Program-made: the position numbers and the translations under genes
Shown here: piece after piece, positions 55,336 through 64,000 of the stretch
How positions within the stretch are numbered: position 1 is the first letter of the stretch
Layout of the letters: the number at the start of each line of letters is the position of its first letter
The notes under the pieces: model-generated
Told to the model about the DNA's origin: nothing
The model's database searches: none
What the model saw: the letters and a program-made list of their open reading frames with translations, nothing else
DNA from: the human T2T-CHM13v2.0 reference genome, Homo sapiens
Length of the DNA stretch: 64,000 bases
Strand: one strand, 5' to 3'
Assembly: GCF_009914755.1 (NCBI RefSeq)
Contig: NC_060941.1

Positions 55336-58141
55336 ACTGTAGTTTCTATCATTAGTATCATTATTGATACTGCTGTTAATGTGAGAGTCTATAGAACTGA
55401 TTCATTTTTCGTATTTTGGTACAGTACCTGTTATCCAGAAAACAGAATAAATGAGTAATTCACTAAATAATGAGTAAATTAAATATAATAATTGTGAACT
55501 TATTCTTTAAAGGCTTTTAGAACAATACTAGGCTCAATGTTGATAAGCTCAGTTGCTACATTGCTACACCAATGCAAAACCAAAAGTGATGGTAGTATTA
55601 TCATTTTAATTGGTTTTTGCTCATTTTAATTGTATACATCAGGAAATATGGTTTTATAAATCAGTACACCTATTCTTGAGCCTTTGCCATTTCTTAATTT
55701 TGCAAATTAGTTTTCCATTTTAGGTTCAAAAATATAGAGTTCACTGTGTCATGGGACTTAGAAGGAATTTGTTTTCTTCCTGCAATTTCCATTGAGTTAA
55801 CAAACAGATCTTGGATTCACTTCTGCAGTTCTCTAGAGTTCCTGCAAGTGTCTCCTTTCCTATTAACTTGTTCGTCCTCAGAGGGGTCATCTTTGAGTCA
55901 CAGCTTTTGGCATCTGAATTCTAGATTCTGCTTTTTCTAAATGGAAGTAGTTGATGAGACTCGGAGACCTTTGTACAAAGCCTCTCATTTCTTGGACTTG
56001 GAGCCTCCATATTTCAGTAAAGTGCTTTTACAAAACTGGAAGTATCACTTTTCTTTTTAGCATCTGTATGAGGCATTCCTTTTACCACTCAAAGACTCTG
56101 TTTATAGCTTTCATTTGATGGTTTATTGTAATTTTAACTTACGTTGATCAGTAGTTTTCTTGATACAGACCACATCACAATTGTAAATACAAAGCAACCA
56201 CACATTTCAGCCTTATATAGTTTCACCTACTTAAGAGAATCAATGATAATGTGATGTTTCTTGACTTTTCTTTCCACATCACTGTTTACTTGTGGATTGA
56301 AGTTTCCATGTGCATGTTTTAATTTTTGCCAAGAAAAATCAATCAAGTGCACTGTAGCTCTGCTTTAGATTTTATGCCTCATATGACATAGAGTATATAA
56401 ATAGTATAAACATGTTAAATGGAGAAAAATCTTGTGGGGGGATATCTTAGTTTAGTACCTGGATTTTTATTGATTATGTGTACTTTATTGTTTTAGCTCA
56501 AATGCAGTTTTGTTTTTCATTTGTTATTTTCAGATTTAAAGTTTTCCTGGTGAATTTGTTTTCTCAAATTCTTTTATCACCTTTTTTAAAAAAAAATGTT
56601 GCTATAGCACTCTGCTAGTTTTAACATTTACTATTTTCTCAAGACAGAGCAGATGAGTTTGTTAGGGAAAGTGGATAGAAAAGAGTGACCTCATAATACC
56701 TTCCTGAAAACAAGATGCTTTCATTTCAGAATCATTAATGGAAGAAGCTATTAAATGAAGATTGTACAGTTGTTGTTTTTAAATAGGTTTTTAAAGAGAA
56801 GTTTTAGGTTCTCAGTAAAATTGAGAGAAAGGTATAGATAACGTAGTTTTGGGGGGAAATAAAATTGCCAGTGGGATATATTTTAAAGGAAACCTGATAT
56901 TATATTGCCTCTAAATTATACTTTAAAATTTAGTGCTATGAAAATTAATTTAAAAATATTTTAAACCTAAATAAACTCTATGTAGATATTTTATATTTTT
57001 GTGTATTTCATTTTGGATATAACACATTTCTTTTCTCTGTAAGTTTTGCCTTTAAATAAATGCCAGATGATGTAGTTATCCCTTGAAACTAATCCAGAAT
57101 TTCTTCTTTGCTTTTTACTGCTTGTGGAAATATTTTTTCTTTTCTATGTATTTTTTACATGGGCAAATCATAAACTCCAGATTTCAAAATAGTTTTATTT
57201 TTAAATGGTTAATGAGACATGCCTCTAGAGGGCAATATTTTCTCATTGTAATCAAGGCAACCCTGGCATGAACCTGAGGTACTAGGGATGTTAATGTCTT
57301 ATCAGATCTTAAATAGCCTTTCTTCCTTTTTATTATGTTTTCTGTGATTTATTCTTCAACGTCTTCTTAGAGAATTCAACTTTGGAAATATATTACTATC
57401 AATTAATATCCTTTCTGAGTACTACATGCAGATCCAGTTCCTCTGAGTGAATACCATTGAATGAATAGAGGCAAATTTTTTAGTTATATCATTTGAGTAT
57501 GTGGGGTCATTATGCTAAATGTTTTTTTATTCTCTATGTGTTGCTATTCAGGGACTTGTTATCTGTATACTTTATAATATCAGAGTGATTAAACTTCATT
57601 TTTGAGGCATTGAGGCATTATAAGGGCTAATAGTTATCTACTCTTTTCTATTAACATTGATTGGACACTTACTGTTGTTGTTTACCCTTTAAATATAATT
57701 TTTATTTTTTATCAAAGAAATACATGCATTTATTATAAAAGTCAAAAATATAATTTTATAGTGAAAGGAGGCACTTTTTGGCCTATCCTCCCCACTCTCG
57801 GGTGTCATTCCCCAGAGGCCTCTTCTTTTAACTCTTCTGTTTTTTTCTCAGTTGGTTTTTTTTGGGCCCTTTCCTGGAAATCCTATTACTTGAATAATGT
57901 ATCTTCTACATTGAGCCCCTAATCTTCTTGTCTATTTTCTATCTTTTTTTTAACTTTATGAGAATTTCCCCAACGTATGTTTCAGTCTTCTTGTTGCATT
58001 TTTATTTCTGCAATCTTTTTAATATGATTTTCTTTGAATTTTTTTTATTATCACACCCTTTTCTTATTTTATGTGTAATATTTTTCTCTCTTTAAGAGAT
58101 CGTTATAAATTTTGAAGCTTTTTTGTGCTCCTTTTATTATG

Positions 58142-58360
58142 CCCTCCCCTCCCCTCCCCTCCCCTCCCCTCCCCTTCCCTTCCCTTCTTTTTCTTTCCTT
58201 TTTTTTCTTTCCTTTCTTGTCTCCCTTTCTTTGCCTTTTTAAATCGAGACAAGGTTTTGCCATTTTGCACAATCTGGTCTCGATCTCCTGGTCTCAAGCA
58301 ATCTGCCTGCCTCAGCCTCCCAAAATGCTGGGGATTACAGGTGTGAGCCACCAAGCCCAT
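58142..58360 (-). mobile_element. Alu left monomer whose tail has become a (CCCCT)n/(CTTT)n pyrimidine tract
   Basis: Alu arm at 58245-58360; near-pure pyrimidine run at 58142-58240. Confidence 0.8.
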
Positions 58361-58365
58361 CTGGA

Positions 58366-58490
58366 GCAGTGATTTTCAACCCTTGACTGTCCATTATACT
58401 TAAGCTAGATAGATTTGAAAAATACTGAGGCCTAGACTCCATCAGACTGATTGAACCAAAACACTGACCTCAGTGATGGGGAATCCTTGA
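58366..58490. mobile_element. MER5A1-like MITE fragment
   Basis: cagtgattttcaacccttgactg...aaaaatactgaggcctag. Confidence 0.55.
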
Positions 58491-60530
58491 TGGATCATTG
58501 GCTGATTATTTTTATTTTTACATTCTATTATTTAATAATTCATTTTTATTTTATTCATTTTTATTCAGCTAATCAACAAATCAATACTAAGGAACTGATT
58601 GGAAGCTTTTTGAATGTGGGAAGGGCATACCGCCTTATAGGTATCAGTGGTCTATCAGGTAGGAATGCCATTTTATTATCATACCTCAAATAGTCACTAT
58701 CCGTAGGTCTTTTCATGTACGCTGGTCAGTTTTCCCACAAAGAAATTCTTCTATCCTCTGTTCAGGGTGGGGTTGGGGTAATAAAGAGTTTCTGGCAATA
58801 AACTTAGAAGTTAGTTTTCAAGGAGTTGAAGGAGTTAACATTATTTTTGTCTAGTGATTAGAATAACAAAAAGAGGATTTGGAGAACCTGTTTGCATTTG
58901 ATTATTGTCTTACTTCCCTAGTTAGGAGGACAGTTAAGTAAGAAATTCTGGTCTGGTTCCACTGAAATAAAAATATTTCTATGGAAATCTGGAGATGGAA
59001 TTTTTAGTTGCTGAAGTGAATGAATGTAAAAACTACTTATTCAGATAAAGAAGTGCAAATGGGTAGAACAACAAATTTTGGGAAAAGAAGTGAATGTTCA
59101 TTTCCTTATGTACTTATCAAAAGGAAGATCTGAAATGTTTTTTTTTTTTAATTTGGAGAAAAATTGGAGAGGGAGAAGAGAGTGAGTAGGCTTCTTAGGA
59201 TTTGTAGTAGCCAGAGTTTGAATGATTGACCCATATGAACAGATTTAGAAATTATCAGACTTGAGAATAACAGACATGAATAGTCTTGAGGTTGAAATCT
59301 GAGCAGGAACTAGAAATCTGCTAGTTGATAGTTGTAAACTACAAAAGGACAACAAGACAGGGATCAGGGCTATACCAGGATTATGCACAGAAGTAGAAAT
59401 TTTGATGGTTCTTACCATGATGAGGTAAATGATATTTTGAATTTGGAGGAGGATGAGAAAAGGAAAAGGATTTAAGGTTCATTGAAAGAGTTATTAACAT
59501 TGGATGATGTGTTTTTGCAGGTGAGAATATTGAAGCTAGAATGAGGCACAAGAGGGAAATTACTATTTCAGAATGGACCAAGGTGGAATTAACATGGGCA
59601 CTGTTGTTGTTGGCTTCAGAAGAAATAGAGCATTCCATTTTCTGTGTTAAGAGCCATCTCTAGTAAGGAATGCTTAATTAATGTTCAATAATATTTCACT
59701 CTGGTCTAGTTTTGGAGCAGATTGAAATGTGTCTATATTTGATAAAACCATAGATGAGGGAAAAAATACCATGACAGTACTCATAAATGAATATAGTTTT
59801 CCGGCAGTGCTCCAGCTGATTAGGAAAGTGTTTCGGCTTGACAGGGAATTACAGGGAAAGAAGAGTCATTATTTCTCAACTGGGGATGGTCGTGGTATCA
59901 CTCCTCTTTGTGGTTCTTACTGTCAAGGATCTTTTGTAAAAGTAGGTTTTACGTACGTAGGTAAAGTCATAGGCATACTTTTGGAAAAGTAAATTTAGAA
60001 GAGAAGGGCTTGAACTATTAGTATTCGTGTGGTGTGCTTAGTTTGATTTTTTTCTTTTTCTTTTTTTTTGGTAAACTGTTCCACAAATTGTTGATAATTT
60101 AGGCAGCTAAATGGAGTATTGGTTTCCTGTTTTCATCTTGAGGAAAATATGTAAGCATATTTTGATAGATATTTAAATGTTTTAAAACTGGAAATAAAGT
60201 ATATGTGAATAGAAAAGGTTTTATCTGCCCTGTTGTCAAAAATGCTGATTTGGCCCTTTCGTACTGTACTCCCATCTTTGTATGGTTGTTACAATCTGTT
60301 GCTCTTTCCCATCTGAAGGAAATGCATCTTTGACACTTCTCATGACCTGCGTCATGATGCTGAAATAGAGCCAGAAAATATCCTTAACAGTCATGGGTAA
60401 AAAGAAGGAAGGCGTCCGTGGGTTGGGGCGGGAGAATAGGGGACTGTGAGGAGAAGAGAGTCTTTGCTCTTTCAGTTTACATCATTTTGATTTTTAGGAA
60501 AGTTACTTACATTTTGTGGCTATACTTTTT

Positions 60531-60939
60531 TTTTTTTTAGGAAAAAATTTCTTTTTTTTCTTTTTTTTTTCTTTTATTATTATACTTTAAGTTTTAGGGT
60601 ACATGTGCACATTGTGCAGGTTAGTTACATATGTATACATGTGCCATGCTGGTGGGCTGCACCCACTAACTTGTCATCTAGCATTAGGTATATCTCCCAG
60701 TGCTATCCCTCCCCCTTCCCCCCACTCCACCACAGTCCCCAGAGTGTGATGTTCCCTTTCCTGTGTCCATGTGATCTCATTGTTCAATTCCCACCTATGA
60801 GTGAGAATATGCGGTGTTTGGTTTTTTGTTCTTGCGATAGTTTACTGAGAATGATGATTTCCAATTTCATCCATGTCCCTACAAAGGACATGAACTCATC
60901 ATTTTTCATGGCTGCATAGTATTCCATGGTGTATATGTG
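60531..60939 (-). mobile_element. Severely 5'-truncated young L1 (L1PA2-like), ~410 nt, 17-bp TSD
   Basis: L1 3' UTR with CTGCACAATGTGCAC and non-Ta diagnostics. TSD ttgtggctatacttttt at 60514-60530 and 60940-60956. Confidence 0.93.
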
Positions 60940-62793
60940 TTGTGGCTATACTTTTTATTCAAGAGAAAATGCTTCGATTTTATATTAAATTGTTCCTTAA
61001 GTATACATTCTTTAATGTATAGGTATACAAAGTACATAAAGATAAGTTCTGCAAATGTAAAATTAAATAGTTTTGAGTTCTCCAGATCTAAGAAAATACA
61101 CTTTAAATCTTGCAGTTAATTCTATATTTCATCTTCCTACAAAGTGTTTATCTCAGAACCAACTTCTGATACTTCTACATCTTGTATGTTTAGCAGTTTA
61201 AGTAATAAAGTCACATTTGTTGAAACAAGAAGATAGGATTCTATATTTTTTCCATCTACAGTAAAGCATTTCTATTTACTCTGTTGATATACAAAATTCA
61301 TTGTGAGGTAAAGATGGGAGAGTTGAGTATAGGGTATTTTCAAGAAATAATTTAATGAGGACTTATACTTTGGGGAGCACATTTCACCTCAGACTTGTTC
61401 TAAGGGATGTTAGATTATGGAGCCTTAATTCAGGGATTTTTCATTAGGCTAAAACTCCACTTTTGAGCACTTAGTGTCAGTACTATATTTGAACTTGATT
61501 CAGAGGAGTGGGAAATTTTGAGGGTGCTTTAATATGATACATTTAGAAATAGGTTGAGGCTTAAGGTCAAAGATCTTTTTAAAAAATTTTTATTTATACG
61601 TATGAAGAATTTACTTTCTTCCCTCTTGTGTTAAATATAGTCTTTTTACTGTTATATTTGATTTTTCATTGTTGAAGGAGTGTCAAACTACAATCCTAAT
61701 ACGTAAAATGAATTAAAAATTGCTAAACCTTCTTAAATTTTAAGAGCACCAACTCTTAATAAACTTTCTTCATTCCAAAATCTTGGAGTGCTCTAAGAAT
61801 AATAAGTAATGAACTTACCACTTTGAGGGAGGAGATTTTGTTCATTTAACTTACAAGTTTGGGTTGACTCTGTGATTGAAACTTAATTGCATGAAACTTT
61901 TCAGACAGATTTTTTATATTTCAGTAGAATTCCTCACAGCTAGTTCTATTATTTTTCCCTTTGTGTTCTTGCATTTTATAAACATTGTTTCTAACTGTTG
62001 ATTTCATCTCCTTTTCTAGGGAATTTTTGCCTCCTAAGTTTTCAATATTCCTTGTTCTAGGCCCACCTTGTTACCTTTTGGAGTTGTGTCAACTATACTT
62101 GCTGTACTTAGAATTTTAGCAACAGGAATTATTTCTTTATGACTTTTAATTTTTAGGCATCAAATTTCTAAATTTATTGGGTTTATTTTAGCTTTAAGAA
62201 AAGAAAAATACTTAAATTTGTATGTTGTAGTAGCCAACACATTCAGATAATAATTAACAGATGATAATGGATTCACAATAGAAAAGGAAAACTACCTAGC
62301 AAATTATTTATTGGAGTATTCGTACATAAATATATACAGTTTCAATTCTCCTGAAAGTACACTTTTAATTCTAGTGACATTTAATAAGCCCTAGGCAAAG
62401 CTCCATGCAGGCTACTTTGTATGTAGTGGGGAGAAGTGATGACACTATCATTAATAATCTCAATCCCCATCCTGTTTAAAAAAAAAAAAGAAAGATTGGA
62501 TTCTTGTTTTCAAGTCCATTTTGTGGGAGATTTCTCTAATCTTCCTACCTTCTCACCCTTTCTCAAAGTACCTACAGTAATGTCTATGGTGACGTGAACT
62601 TTTTACTCAAAGAAAGCAACAAGTGTTTTTGCTTGAAATGCATCAAAAATTGCAGTGTTTTTACTTCACCATCGATTGCCTCCAAAAAAAAGTTATAGGC
62701 AAAATGAATCAGTGCCCACACAGGATTGTCCTTCAGTATTTTCTGTCTTTATTTGTCACCCAAACTGTTTGTTGTGTTTATAGTCTTTAAAAA

Positions 62794-62833
62794 TGTGTGT
62801 CTGTGTGTCGACACACACACACACACACACACA
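62794..62833. repeat. (TG)n-GTCGAC-(AC)n quasi-palindromic microsatellite
   Basis: Direct reading. Confidence 0.9.
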
Positions 62834-62879
62834 TAAAATTCATTTTCTTTTAGTGTGTGTTCTACTCTCCTTGGCTCCT

Positions 62880-63150
62880 GTGAACAAGCATTGCTTCCGC
62901 CCAGTTTGGTATGTGGGTCAGAAGGCACTGTTTCTCACCAGGGTGCTGCTGTTTCCTTTTCCGACTTGAGTAGATTGCAGATTATACTGGAACATGCCTG
63001 AGAAAAGGTCATAAAGGAGGGTGAAAGTCCTGGAACTGCAGCTGGGAAGCTTGACATTCTCATCTAGGAAAGGGGAGAAGAGAGAGATGGAGAGAGAGAC
63101 ACACACTCCCATCCCAACCAAAAATAACCCACCTGCAGGAAATTCCCTTC
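62880..63150. promoter_or_regulatory. Candidate intronic enhancer (motif cluster)
   Basis: Non-repeat, GC-elevated patch with kB GGAAATTCCC, NBRE AAAGGTCA, a p53 half-site and an E-box. Motif evidence only. Confidence 0.35.
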
Positions 63151-64000
63151 TACACAGGGTATTTTTTGTTAAATAACTATTGAGAGTTTGGTTGAAAAAA
63201 CTTTAATGTTAAATTGGATGGCAAGCAAGAACTAAGCAGTGTTTTTAACTTTTCAGAGCCCACATTTCCAGTGACTATTTCAAAACAAGCTACCATTGTA
63301 TTCTTTGACAGAGTCAAGAAGTCAGAGCTTTTCAACTACAGAATTAACTTAGTTAAACTCCTTGGTATATTTTAGATTTTTATCCCTGTCAATTCCACAG
63401 CAAGATATTAAAAACAGTCCAAAAGCTTTGCTCTTCTGTAGAAGACAAAAGTTTACCAAAAAATAAAAAATAAAAAAATAAAAAAAAAGGCCCCGTAGAA
63501 CTCATCATCTAGTTTTTATTTTTGAAAGATATGATATAGGGAATAGAACATCTACATGATGTCTTAGAATAGGTAAAGTGTTGCAAAGAGGGCAAAAATA
63601 AAGGAGATATTTGGGACTGGGGCTGTTTCCGTAGAATTGTCTTCTGAGGAGTGCCAGAGAGTCACATTGACCTCGGGCTTCAGTGTGGCTCAGTAATCCG
63701 ATTTCAAAATGCAAGAGTTCCAAATAGGAGACCAAAGACACTAGGTGAGGAGCTTATATCCTAGAACAATAGTGGGTGTTGTAGATAAGTGTATGGAGAG
63801 GTGATGAGAACAGAATTTAATACAGTCGTAGGAGTCTAGAGTACTGAGTTATAGGAAGGTGTCTATTGTAAACCTTCAGAAAAGTGGAGTGCCTAAAGTG
63901 GATAAGGTCTGTGTCTGTGGTAAGAATAAGTGGGATGATATGTGGACCTCCTAATAACACTGCTCTTTCACAGGGCACCATTGCTTAGTGTCCTTTAGCT

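Noticed and set aside
58790-59630. Purine-rich stretch (and 63640-63960) as possible unannotated exon sequence
   Set aside because: It looks like highly decayed L2-type sequence. I found no splice-bounded ORF, and it is too degenerate to call confidently.

Overview
This is AT-rich, repeat-dense primate DNA, most likely human, as inferred from a near-pristine AluYb-lineage element and an SVA. It lies inside the BCAS3 gene on the + strand. I can support only two coding exons: 1989-2122 (134 nt) and 44738-45002 (265 nt). They splice in frame across a 42.6-kb GT-AG intron and encode the PROPPIN/WD40-like 'LHRG...GTSHVF' segment. The rest is intron, containing about 33 Alus (about 27 antisense), several old L1M/L1PA elements (one apparently full length), two young TSD-flanked L1PA2/3-type inserts, a truncated SVA, MaLR/ERVL relics, DNA-transposon fossils, MIR/L2 fragments and a U13 snoRNA retrocopy. 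I see no evidence of a new multi-gene system, and nearly all ORF-track entries are repeat-derived or chance ORFs. The best second-look items are: (1) a 399-nt phase-symmetric exon pair with inverted-Alu flanks that would give a stop-free circular ORF; (2) a U13 retrocopy whose 5' end forms a near-perfect hairpin with its own insertion flank; (3) candidate poison and terminal exons; (4) an L1 with a double poly(A) tail suggesting a micro-transduction; and (5) a stack of nested insertions at 30-36 kb. Repeat family names come from my recollection of consensus sequences. Boundaries of old repeats are approximate.
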